From Macrostomum lignano (taxonomy: Eukaryota): a DNA stretch of 64,000 nucleotides. Shown piece by piece: positions 23,120 through 38,677 of the stretch (position 1 is its first letter; the number at the start of each line of letters is the position of its first letter). The DNA is taken from the NCBI GenBank assembly GCA_002269645.1, contig NIVC01001395.1, positions 62,001 through 126,000 on the forward strand, written 5' to 3'. The position numbers were made by a program, and so were the translations under genes. Under the pieces are notes generated by a model. The model did no database searches. It saw nothing but the letters and a program-made list of their open reading frames with translations, and was not told the DNA's origin.

Positions 23120-23716
23120 ATGCCAAAAATGGGAAAGCTGCTAGCGACCCTAACCGTCATTCTCTGCGTGGCGGTTCTGCAGGTCGCTACTGAAGATTTC
23201 TCAGCAAGCGATGAGTACGATTCAAAACCGAATGACGAGTACGGACACTTGGTGAAACGACTCTTCCGCAACAGCTTCGGAGCTGGAGACTTCAAGAAAC
23301 GGCCTTTCCGCAACAGCTTCGGGGCTGGAGACTTCAAGAAACGGCCTTTCCGCAACAGCTTCGGGGCTGGAGACTTCAAGAAACGGCCTTTCCGCAACAG
23401 CTTCGGGGCTGGAGACTTCAAGAAACGTCCATTCCGCAACAGCTTCGGGGCTGGAGACTTCAAGAAACGACCCTTCCGCAACAGCTTCGGGGCTGGAGAC
23501 TTTAAGAAACGACCATTCCGCAACAGCTTCGGGGCTGGAGACTTCAAGAAACGACCCTTCCGCAACAGCTTCGGGGCTGGAGACTTTAAGAAACGACCAT
23601 TCCGCAACAGCTTCGGGGCTGGAGACTTCAAGAAACGACCCTTCCGCAACAGCTTCGGAGCTGGAGACTTCAAGAAACGACCATTCCGCAACAGCTTCGG
23701 GGCTGGAGACTTTTGA
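23120..23716 (+). CDS. Neuropeptide precursor: signal peptide, acidic spacer, 1x LFRNSFGAGDF and 10x PFRNSFGAGDF between KR/KKR sites (pedal peptide/orcokinin-like by features)
   Basis: Hydrophobic MGKLLATLTVILCVAVLQVA, 42-bp repeats with synonymous variation, basic cleavage sites and no amidation Gly. TATAAAA near 22914, a 5'UTR intron donor near 23022 and acceptor atcAG| at 23118. Confidence 0.92.
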   Translation: MPKMGKLLATLTVILCVAVLQVATEDFSASDEYDSKPNDEYGHLVKRLFRNSFGAGDFKKRPFRNSFGAGDFKKRPFRNSFGAGDFKKRPFRNSFGAGDFKKRPFRNSFGAGDFKKRPFRNSFGAGDFKKRPFRNSFGAGDFKKRPFRNSFGAGDFKKRPFRNSFGAGDFKKRPFRNSFGAGDFKKRPFRNSFGAGDF

Positions 23717-24089
23717 CAGTAAAATTTAGATTTGACCATCTGAGCCGACCATCGACCGTATCAAAAATGTCGTTCTTATTATCAATGCAACAAGATCCTT
23801 ATCCAAATACTCTGTAGTATGCATTGATGAAGCGTAGCTTACTACAGAGCTAACCTGTCGTCTGAACAGCCCAACAGCAGAGTCGGAGTTAACGATCAAT
23901 TCCCAATGGACTGTTTAAAATTCCAATTACAATATAAATTACACGCAAAGCTAATTTATTCCATTTATCAGGCCGATATGTTCACCAACCTTCTCGCATC
24001 TCAGTGAACAGAATGCTTAATTCTCTGTAAAAGTAAAAAATTAAAATTAATTTTTTGGTTCAAGAAGAAAGACAAACTACATATTTATC

Positions 24090-24346
<257 letters not shown>

Positions 24347-25191
24347 CAGATCCGACTATGATGTCACCAAGGGACTTCTGTTGACACATGAACTACTCTT
24401 TCGTGTAGCGAGTACTGTTGTTAGGTGTAACAACGCACTTTAGCATGCTTTTCGGTGTGAAAGGTTCGCACAATTTTCGGCTTGGCGACGAGGTGGCCTT
24501 TATTGGCGTTTTGTCCCGGCGTGGATTCTTTGAACCATGTTTTATGTATATAAGAATCAAAGCTCGAACCGCGCCTTAGAAGCAGCAGTCTTGACCATAG
24601 ACAAATGAGACGAACTGTGCTCCATGAATAAAACCTAATTTACTTTTAATTATCAACGTTCACAAGGCATTGTTAGTAGTAGGTTGTAGACTCTACTTGT
24701 GACCATAGACTATTCCATAATTGCCTATGGTAATTGCAGCTGGCCTATTTTTTCTGTGTCTATGGGCAGTTACAGCCAGAAAAAAGGATAGACAGTTTCC
24801 ACATGTAAGCATATAGGCTTTCTATATTGTAGCAATCAAATTTTAATCAAAAACAGGTCACGAACTGGCCAAAAATTTACCGAATTGCTCATCAAACCTT
24901 CGACCTGATGTTTCATATGAAAGCCCATTGTTGATGCTGATGATGAGAGCTTTTCAATTCTTGCTCCAGTTTATTCCAGCTACCAATATGGAAGTTGGTT
25001 TAAGGTCATTTTCTAACCCTTATTCGGGTTTCTTATAGTATCAAATTTCCGAGCTCATCTGGAGAGAAAGTCTCTCATTTCGCTAAAGATGAATTCTAAG
25101 AATTTTATATAAATATATAGTTATATAGTATTAAATTTCTTAAAATCAATTTGATAGACAAATTAACCTGAAAATGGAGAAGAGAGTTAGG

Positions 25192-25800
25192 AGGAGAGAG
25201 GTAGAGAGAATGAGGAGAGAGGGGAGGAGAGAGGGGAGGAGAGAGGTAGAGAGGTTGAGGGGAGGAGAGAGGTAGAGAGGGGAGGAGAGAGGTAGAGAGG
25301 GAGGAGAGAGGTAGAGAGGGGAGGAGAGAGGTAGAGAGGGGAGGAGAGAGGTAGAGAGGGGAGGAGAGAGGTAGAGAAGTGAGGAGAGAGGTAGAGAGGG
25401 GAGGAGAGAGGTAGAGAGGGGAGGAGAGAGGTAGAGAGGGGAGGAGAGAGGTAGAGAGGGAGGAGAGAGGTAGAGAGGGGAGGAGAGAGGTAGAGAGGGA
25501 GGAGAGAGGTAGAGAGGGGAGGAGAGAGGTAGAGAGGGGAGGAGAGAGGTAGAGAGGGGAGGAGAGAGGTAGAGAGGGGAGGAGAGAGGTAGAGAAGGGA
25601 GGAGAGAGGTAGAGAGGGGAGGAGAGAGGTAGAGAAGGGAGGAGAGAGGTAGAGAGGGGAGGAGAGAGGTAGAGAAGGGAGGAGAGAGGTAGAGAGGGGA
25701 GGAGAGAGGTAGAGAGGGGAGGAGAGAGGTAGAGAGGGGAGGAGAGAGGGGAGGAGTGAGGTAGAGAGAGAGAGAGAGATAGGGGGGGAGAGAGAGAGGG
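25192..25800. repeat. About 20-bp purine-rich minisatellite (GGAGAGAGGTAGAGAGGGGA)n
   Basis: Direct observation. Confidence 0.93.
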
Positions 25801-26999
25801 GGTGAGCAAATGAGCAAAGAGGGAGTGGGAAGTGGGGACTAGAAGGGAAAAATGGGAAGTTACGAACAGAAGTGTAGATATGAGATAAGTTGCCATCCTA
25901 GTCTCTGGTGCCTCAGGCCATTGAAAGCCTTCAGTATGCACTGTGTTGATTCATACACCCAAAGCGGTCCCGGCTGTTTGAAGTGAACTATCCGGCTTGA
26001 CTAATGACTAGCGCATACTGAGTGCGCGCGCTAATTCGTTTAACAGCCTTCTGAATACATTGAGAAATTGGGGGTGTCTTCGTAGTGTTTTTTTCAGTTG
26101 CCGGGCTTACAAAGGGAAAACAGCGCTATAGAATCTGGTGCTTGCAATGCGCTAATACCTTCTCATTGTGAAGATCAAAGTGTCAGTTAGATTGAGAGTG
26201 ACGCCCTGACGTCATGGACATTTTCTGGAGATGATTCGTAAAAGTAAAGTCTTGAAATAAAAGTTCAGAAAAATGGGTCAAGGAAAGGTGGAACTTTCCT
26301 TCTCTACTTTGCAGAGATAAACATTTAGAAGAATGTGCTTTTACTTGTTGATGATGATGACTATTTAAGATGATTATTATAGGTCAAGATGATTATTACA
26401 GTTTAAAGATGATTATTACAGTTAAGGATGATAATTACAGGTGAAGATGATTATTACAGGACAAGATCATTATTACAGGTGAGGAAAACTGTTACAGCTG
26501 AAGATTATTAGTAAAAGTACATGCACGTATCATGCTCATCAAGCGATGAGTTTATTTTTAACAAACAAGAAAATTTTTCAATAAGGTTATTAAAATCAAT
26601 TATTGAATCAAAGTTCCTCTTTTGTTTTAGGTTGTATTAAAAGTTTTTAAAGTCAGTCATTTAAAGCTTGAGCCAATTGGTTGGTGAGAGAAGCATGAGA
26701 GGTTAAAAAAGCAGAGAGTGGGTGACCTCGAGACATGTATGGACCCGACTGTTCAACCGCGTGTTACTCGGCTCAGGGCAAACAGAAAATACCATAGTAA
26801 CTCGCAGTCGCAGTCATCTAAAACAGGCATGGCACACAGTATAGCAGAGAGAGAGAGAGAGAGACAGTGACAGACAAAAAGTGTGTCATGTGTCTAACAG
26901 TCTTTATCTAAAAAAAGCCCACCCTACGGCCCGGTGTGACTTTTAAAAAACCTCAGCCAGAGCAGCTTTGAGTCGATAATAACAGCTATAGAGACAGAA

Positions 27000-31064
<4,065 letters not shown>

Positions 31065-31703
31065 AAGAATGGCAGTTGTTAAATCTTCATAAAAAATTGA
31101 TTGATCGATGAGATGCGTTTTTTATTTAGTTTTATTTAGTTTTTAATGTAGAACCTGATAATGTTTAGAAATAGAATTTTTCTAGTTGATTTAATCTAGC
31201 GAGCCATTATTTTTAGAAGCCTTTGAATTGCATTAAATTAAATACTTTATATATGTAGGTTTCAACCAATATTCAATTAGATTAGCGCAATTGTTCGTGT
31301 TTTAAGGATTCAGTTTTACTTGCCCTCAAGTATTATTTATGCTTTCTTTGCTAGTATATTTCTGATTTATGGGTGTCTAAATTTTATGTATAATAATTTT
31401 AAAATACATTTAATCATTATGCCGCCATGCTTACAAAATAATTTGTAGGACTCTGAATAGGCTAGGGCGCAAACTTTTATATCTTAAAATCGCACCTGAG
31501 TTTTCATCACCTCTTCTTTTACTCTTAGTAGGCTAGTTCTGCGTTTTTATTCTTTATTTATTCTGAGATCAATTTCTTAAACTTTTATGACAAGGGTCAG
31601 CAAACTCCGGCCCGAGGGTCACGTGCGGCCCGCAAAGCCTCTCTATCCGGCCCTCGGTTCCTTTGAAACTTCACAATAGAAATCCGGCCCGCTCAAGGCT
31701 TGT

Positions 31704-34177
31704 GTCTCCTCTCCTCTCTTGTTCTCTCCTCGCCCTTCTCTCCTCTCCTCTCCTCCCCTTTCTCTCCTCTCCCTTCTCTCCTCTCCCTTCTCTCCTCTCC
31801 CTTCTCGCCTCTCGTCTCGTCTCCTCTCGTCTTGTCTCCTTTCCTCTCGTCTCCTCTCGTCTCCTCTCGTCTCCTCTCGTCTCGTCTCCTCTCCTCTCCT
31901 CTCCTCTCCTCTCCTCTCCTCTCCTCTCGTCTCGTCTCCTCTCCTCTCCTCTCCTCTCCTCTCCTCTCCTCTCCTCTCCTCTCGTCTCCTCTCCATTCCT
32001 CTCCTCTCGTCTCCTCTCCTCTCCTCTCGTCTCCTCTCCATTCCTCTCCTCTCCTCTCCTCTCCTCTCCTCTCCTCTCCTCTCGTCTCCTCTCCTCTCGT
32101 CTCCTCTCCTCTCGTCTCCTCTCCTCTCCTCTCCTCTCCTCTCGTCTCGTCTCCTCTCCTCTCGTCTCCTCTCCTCTCGTCTCCTCTCGTCTCCTCTCCT
32201 CTCCTCTCCTCTCCTCTCCTCTCGTCTCCTCTCCTCTCCTCTCCTCTCGTCTCCTCTCCTCCTCTCGTCTCCTCTCCTCTCCTCTCCTCTCCTCTCCTCT
32301 CCTCTCCTCTCCTCTCCTCTCCTCTCCTCTCCTCTCCTCTCTCTCGTCTCTCTCCTCTCCTCTCCTCTCCTCTCCTCTCGTCTCCTCTCGTCTCCTCTCC
32401 TCTCGTCTCCTCTCGTCTCCTCTCCTCTCCTCTCCTCTCCTCTCCTCTCCTCTCCTCTCCTCTCCTCTCCTCTCCTCTCCTCTCCTCTCCTCTCTTCTCG
32501 TCTCCTCTTCTCTCCTCTCCTCTCGTCTCCTCTCCTCTCCTCTCGTCTCCTCCTCCTCTCCTCTCTCTCTCCTCTCCTCTCCTCTCCTCTCCTCTCCTCT
32601 CTCCTCTCCTCTCCTCTCCTCTCCTCTCCTCTCGTCTCCTCTCGTCTCCTCTCCTCTCGTCTCCTCTCGTCTCCTCCTCTCCTCTCCTCTCCTCTCCTCT
32701 CCTCTCCTCTCCTCTCCTCTCCTCTCCTCTCCTCTCCTCTCCTCTCTTCTCGTCTCCTCTTCTCTCCTCTCCTCTCGTCTCCTCTCCTCTCCTCTCGTCT
32801 CCTCTCCTCTCCTCTCCTCTCCTCTCCCTCTCCTCTCCTCTCCTCTCCTCTCCTCTCCTCTCCTCTCCTCTCTCTCTCCTCTCGTCTCCTCTCCTCTCCT
32901 CTCCTCTCCTCTCTCTCTCCTCTCCTCTCCTCTCCTCTCCTCTCCTCTCGTCTCCTCTCCTCTCTTGCTCTCTCCTCGCCCTTCTCTCCTCTCCTCTCCT
33001 CTCCCTTCTCTCCACTCCCTTGTCGCCTCTCGTCTCGTCTCCTCTCGTCTTGTCTCCTTTCCTCTCGTCTCATCTCGTCTCCTCTCGTCTCCTCTCGTCT
33101 CCTATCGTCTCCTCTCCTCTCCTCTCCTCTCCTCTCCTCTCCTCTCCTCTCGTCTCCTCTTCTCTCCTCTCCTCTCGTCTCCTCTCCTCTCGTCTCCTCT
33201 CCTCTCCTCTCCTCTCCTCTCCTCTCGTCTCCTCTCGTCTCCTCTCCTCTCGTCTCCTCTCCTCTCCTCTCCTCTCCTCTCCTCTCCTCTCCTATCCTCT
33301 CCTCTCGTCTCCTCTTCTCTCCTCTCCTCTCGTCTCGTCTCCTCTCCTCTCGTCTCCTCTCCTCTCCTCTCCTCTCCTCTCCTCTCCTCTCCTCTCCTCT
33401 CCTCTCCTCTCCTCTCCTCTCCTCTCCTCTCGTCTCCTCTCCTCTCGTCTCCTCTCCTCTCCTCTCCTCTCCTCTCCTCTCCTCTCCTCTCCTCTCCTCT
33501 CCTCTCGTCTCCTCTCCTCTCTTGTTCTCTCCGCGCCCTTCTCTCCTCTCCTCTCCTCTCCTCTCCTCTCCTCTCCTCTCCTCTCCTCTCGTCTCCTCTT
33601 CTCTCCTCTCCTCTCGTCTCGTCTCCTCTCCTCTCCTCTCCTCTCCTCTCCTCTCCTCTCCTCTCCTCTCCTCTCCTCTCCTCTCCTCTCCTCTCCTCTC
33701 CTCTCGTCTCCTCTCCTCTCGTCTCCTCTCCTCTCGTCTCCTCTCCTCTCCTCTCCTCTCCTCTCGTCTCCTCTGCTCTCGTCTCCTCTCCTCTCGTCTC
33801 CTCTCCTCTCCTCTCCTCTCCTCTCGTCTCGTCTCCTCTCCTCTTCTCTCCTCTCCTCTCCTCTCCTCTCCTCTCCTCTCCTCTCCTCTCGTCTCCTCTC
33901 CTCTCGTCTCCTCTTCTCTCCTCTCCTCTCGTCTCCTCTCCTCTCCTCTCCTCTCCTCTCCTCTCCTCTCCTCTCCTCTCGTCTCCTCTCCTCTCGTCTC
34001 CTCTCCTCTCCTCTCCTCTCCTCTCCTCTCCTCTTCTCTCCTCTCCTCTCCTCTCCTCTCCTCTCCTCTCCTCTCCTCTCCTCTCCTCTCGTCTCCTCTC
34101 CTCTCCTCTCCTCTCGTCTCCTCTCCTCTCCTCTCCTCTCCTCTCCTCTCCTCTCGTCTCCTCTCCTCTCGTCTCCT
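31704..34177. repeat. (CTCCT/CTCGT)n 5-bp microsatellite with higher-order internal duplications
   Basis: Direct observation; it resumes at 35158-35888 on the other side of the LINE fragment. Confidence 0.97.
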
Positions 34178-35155
34178 CTTACTTGACTTAACTGCAGGGC
34201 AGTCCGAAGACGCAGCGGGGAGGCGAGAATCGCCCATTCCGCTAAACCCTGGTGACCTGCTTCGGCAATGGTGCAGGGCCATGCAGTCAGGGCGGTCCGC
34301 CAGTACGTCCTGCAGCGTTTTCTTCATTAGGGAGAAAGAGGCTCGTTTAGTTGCCCGAAGGAACCGGACGAGCCGTGAGATGTTCTCGGGTCTACAAACG
34401 TCATCGATGGATGGGTTTGGACCGAGGTGGTTTAGCCGCTCCCTGGTGAAGAACGGGCATTGACAGACGAAATGCTGAGCATCTTCGTTGTCGTACAGTA
34501 CTCGCAAGAGGGGCACAGTTCATTCCGGATGTCGCCCCGGAGGAAGCAGTGCCTAGCGAAGCAGCCATGACCCGTGAAGGTCATAGCAAGAGCCCGGATG
34601 TCCTTCCTGCTTTGGTTCAGGAGGACAGTTCGGAGCTTTCGGGATGGACGAGGGACCGCCGCACGTGATTGGCGGCAGGTGGTGAGGTTCATCCATCTGT
34701 CCCTGTGCAGGGCGGAGGCCCAGGCACCAATGCTGCGATTGATGGTGGCCGCAGGGATTGGAGCCAAGGGCAGGGGTCCCTGAAGGGAGCCGCCACTTCC
34801 TTGTTTTGCAAGCGAGTCGGCCAGCTCGTTTCCAGGGAAGCCCGCGTGACCTGAGATCCATTTGAGCTGGACAGCATTTTTGCGTCCCAGCGTATTGAGC
34901 ACCCGGACGCAGTCGGAGACCGTCCGGGAGGCCGTAGTGGTGTGACAGACGGCTATATAGCAGAGCAGCTTGACTGTCGGGGTGAAAAACTATAGTTTTT
35001 CCAGAAACTTGCTGCTTACCTCTGCAGCGCACGAGCTAATAGCAAGGACTTCGTTCTCTGGAAGACAGTATAGAGAGTCTTCCAGTGTGCTGGGCATGCG
35101 TGGCGAGCACGCGGCCATTGGTGAGAAAGCAGACCCCAAAGCCGGGGAGGCCGTC
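34178..35155 (-). mobile_element. 5'-truncated, frameshifted LINE (RNase H to 3' end) related to the 3.9-9.6 kb element
   Basis: Fragments LKWISGHAGFPGNELADSLAK and TFTGHGCFARH; shares the 3' terminus CTTACTTGACTTA(A/G)CTGCAGGGC and GCCCATTCCGCTAA with element 1. Confidence 0.88.
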
Positions 35156-36529
35156 TTTTCTCGTCTCCTCCCGTCTCGTCTCGTCTCGTCTCGTCTCGTC
35201 TCGTCCTCTTCCTTCTCTCCTCTCCTCTCCCTTCTCTCCTCTCGTCTCCTCTCGTCTCCTCTCGTCTCCTCTCGTCTCCTCTCGTCTCCTCTCGTCTCCT
35301 CTCGTCTCCTCTCGTCTCCTCTCGTCTCCTCTCGTCTCCTCTCGTCTCCTTTCCTCTCGTCTCGTCTCGTTTCCTCTCCTCTCGTCTCCTTTCCTCTCGT
35401 CTCGTCTCCTTTCCTCTCCTCTCGTCTCCTCTCGTCTCCTCTCGTCTCCTTTCCTCTCGACTCGTCTCGTTTCCTCTCCTCTCGTCTCCTCTCGTCTCCT
35501 CTCGTCTCCTCTCGTCTCCTCTCGTCTCCTTTCCTCTCCTCTCGTCTCCTCTCGTCTCCTCTCGTCTCCTCTCGTCTCCTCTCCTCTCCTCTCCTCTCCT
35601 CTCCTCTCCTCTCCTCTCCTCTCCTCTCATCTCCTTTCCTCTCCTCTCGTCTCCTCTCGTCTCCTCTTGTCTCCTCTCGTCTCCTCTCGTCTCCTCTCGT
35701 CTCCTCTCGTCTCCTCTCGTCTCCTCTCGTCTCGTCTCGTCTCGTTTCCTCTCCTCTCGTCTCCTTTCCTCTCGTCTCGTCTCGTTTCCTCTCCTCTCGT
35801 CTCCTCTCGTCTCCTCTCGTCTCCTTTCCTCTCGTCTCGTCTCGTTTCCTCTCGTCTCGTCTCGTCTCGTTTCCTCTCGTCTCGTCTTGTCATGCGCTAG
35901 GTTCTCTGTATCTGGCCCTTGAGGTAAAATTTCGCCAACCCCTGTTTTAGAACAAATGGCCACCTCGTCTTGGGTGTTTATGTCTTGTCAAGTTGTTTAA
36001 CAGGTCAACCTGCCCTGGGCCGATCTTAATTAATGATCACCCATAGCTACCATGGCATTTTAGTAGTCAAATAGTCTAGGGAAAGCGATCCTTTTGCGAA
36101 ACATTTGCGAAACAGCGAAACATTTTGCACGTTAAAAGTCTTTGTGTTTTCGTACCGATTCAAAAGCGGCGTTTTCAAGGAATCGGTCACGTTAGGTGAG
36201 TTGAGAATAAAGCAGAACTTTAAGTTTTCTATTCTTACTTCTACATTTAAGTCAGATAATAAAAAGTAAACCCAGAGCAAGCAATGGTGACAGTGAATTT
36301 CAAAATATTAAAATTTTCAAAGTGTTAAAGTATCTGTAAGACTTCAGGTCGATGATAATATCAAATAAACTTCAAAAGTTCAACTTACATACTATTTTAT
36401 TTATCTTCAGCATTCAGGTTTTATAGATTTCACTTAAAAATACTGTTTTTTAACTTCCTAGTTTTATCATTGGATATTTAGCTTCTTAAATTTATCATGT
36501 CTGTCTATTCTAATTGTATTTTTTACATA

Positions 36530-36717
36530 AGACTATTCATGCTTGGGCGCAACCTAGGGATTCACCCGGCCGTTTCTATTGGCAACACACACATGTAAGT
36601 CGCTATTGGACAGAATAGAAGTCACGTGACTGCTCTCAGCCAATAGCGACTTACATGTGTGTGTTGCCAATAGAAACGGCCGGGTGATTCCCAAGGTTGC
36701 GCATGCATAAATAGTCT
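36530..36717. mobile_element. Foldback (near-perfect hairpin) MITE
   Basis: Inverted arms of about 63 bp with two mismatches (GCGCAACC..CGCTATTGG / CCAATAGCG..GGTTGCGC), extending imperfectly outward; central GTCACGTGAC palindrome. Confidence 0.8.
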
Positions 36718-36752
36718 GACTATTTATCTAAATTTAGCAATTAAAACATATT

Positions 36753-36964
36753 CAGGGGTGTAGCCAGGAATTCCTACAGGGGGAGGGGGTACACCAAGGT
36801 GAATTTTCTATGGGGGGGGGATACACCAAGGTAAAAGTGCTATGACAGTGTCATGTGGTAGCATGTATAGCAAGTTAACAACAAAGGGCAACAAAAAAAA
36901 TTTTGGTCAGACTCTTTGGGAGGGATACATCCCCCCTATCCCCCTCCCTAGGCCTACACCCCTG
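36753..36964. mobile_element. hAT-type MITE
   Basis: TIRs CAGGGGTGTAG(G)CC; 8-bp flanks AACATATT / AAAATATT (7/8 match). Confidence 0.8.
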
Positions 36965-37335
36965 AAAATATTATCAATTTATGAATATAGGCCTATCTAA
37001 CTTTTTAATTCAAAAATAAGTTGATACAATGATACTCATAGAATTTGAGCAATTTCAAATAAATAAATACTCTTTGCATTAATCTGGTAGACCTAATAAG
37101 GATATTTCTAAAAAGTAGAATTCTAGCATAGGCCTAAACAAAATTTTCTTTTAGTTATCTATATCTATACTATATCTAATCTCAAATATTTACCTGTTTG
37201 TATCCTATCCATATCCATAGCTAGTATATTTTCTATAACTTCCGTGCTTTGGTTACAAAGCACTATTAAGTATTAACCAATAATAGTTATATAGAAAATA
37301 TTATAGCATATATCCAAATTTTTGTCCCCCACTAC

Positions 37336-37849
37336 TAGTGATTGCAAAATCCCAGATTTTTGTGATCCCAGGGTTCCAGGATTTAATCCTGGAATTTGGC
37401 CAATCCCAGGATTGAATCCTGGATTCAGAATAATATAGATTTTTATGCTTCTAAGTTGAAATTTTAAGGCAAAATATGCGCTGAACACTTTTTTGCTTAC
37501 TTTTTTATTTTTATAGAGATAATGATCTATTTGTAGATGAAAAACAGCATTATCTTGTGACCTATTGAAGTAAGTAGTATAAATTTAATTAGTAGTAAAG
37601 AAGCAAATCATATCAAAATCTAAATTAGAACTAATTTCACATTTAAATCTGTGATGTGGGGTTTAAAAAAGTGCCACACAATGTGAGGCAATTAATGAAA
37701 ATTAGTGCAGTATAATAAACTAGTTGTGGGCCTAATTATGTTTATATTACAGCACTTTTTGTAAAAATATTAACACTGATTGGAAATCCCGGGATTTAGG
37801 CCCAATCCCGGGATATCGGGATCCCAGGATCCTGGGATTGCAATCCCTA
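37336..37849. mobile_element. hAT-type non-autonomous element
   Basis: TIRs TAG(T/G)GATTGCA(A)ATCCCAG, subterminal ATCCCGGGAT repeats, perfect 8-bp TSD CCCACTAC (37328-37335 and 37850-37857). Confidence 0.88.
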
Positions 37850-38677
37850 CCCACTACTCTATCTATACAAAAGGTAAGGTACCATACTCTGGATCATATA
37901 GTTACATATGCCCGAAAATTTGGTTAGTGTTAAGAGAAAAAAAGAAAAAAAGAGTTGGTATTAGGTAGAAAAAGATAGACCTAAGTTATTTTTTAATTAT
38001 AAAGTGCAATTTTTTGGCATGCATTTGTATTAATTCAATTTTTGCTTGGGTATGCACCCAGCACAATCTAGACTATGGAAGATAGACAAGAAAAAAATTA
38101 GACAGATTTTTTGTATTAGGAATAAGCAACTTATACTATGAATTTCTAAAAGAGATATAAGTAAATATTCAAAGTTAAAATGGTAAAAAATGGCTCTAGC
38201 TTATTCATGAGTAAGCCTATGTCCTTTTTTGGTTCCTTTTGGTTTTTTATTAAATAAATAAATAAATAAATAAATAATGGAATCATACATTGGTCTAGGC
38301 CTATCTTTTATTGTCTATATCAAATAAAAATAGTTTGATTTCCATTTTTCTACATTTGTAAGTGATAAATAGGCACTGAAAATAATATTTTTTTTATTTA
38401 TAGGTTGTGTTATTACTTATAAGTATCTTAATAGAAAGTTATTATTTTTAGTTTACTTTTTAAAACTTAAGTATATAGGGCCACATATTCGTAATAAAAA
38501 GTTTTTGTATAAACACTACTATTTTTCTAATAAAAATATCTCCTAATTTAGTTATTCTTTAGTAAATGTTACAATTTATTAAAATCTTGATTAAAAAAAA
38601 TATTGCTTATGACTTTAATGAAACAAAACAATTTTAATAAAACTTTCAATACATACATTTTTCAGGCTCAATCTAAC

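Larger units (their letters stand above)
31591..35944. mobile_element. Charlie-like hAT MITE split by 4.2 kb of microsatellite and a LINE fragment
   Basis: Left end CAAGGGTCAGCAAACT..GGCCCG, right end TTTCGCCAACCCCTG; imperfect 8-bp flanks TTTTATGA / TTTTAGAA. Confidence 0.6.

Noticed and set aside
23068-23739. 223-aa antisense ORF over the neuropeptide gene
   Set aside because: A by-product of a 42-bp repeat lacking antisense stops; no independent coding signal.
31643-35963. 800-950-aa ERRGE/SSPLL ORFs
   Set aside because: Translations of the 5-bp microsatellite; the 957-aa ORF is LINE ORF2 reading on into the repeat.
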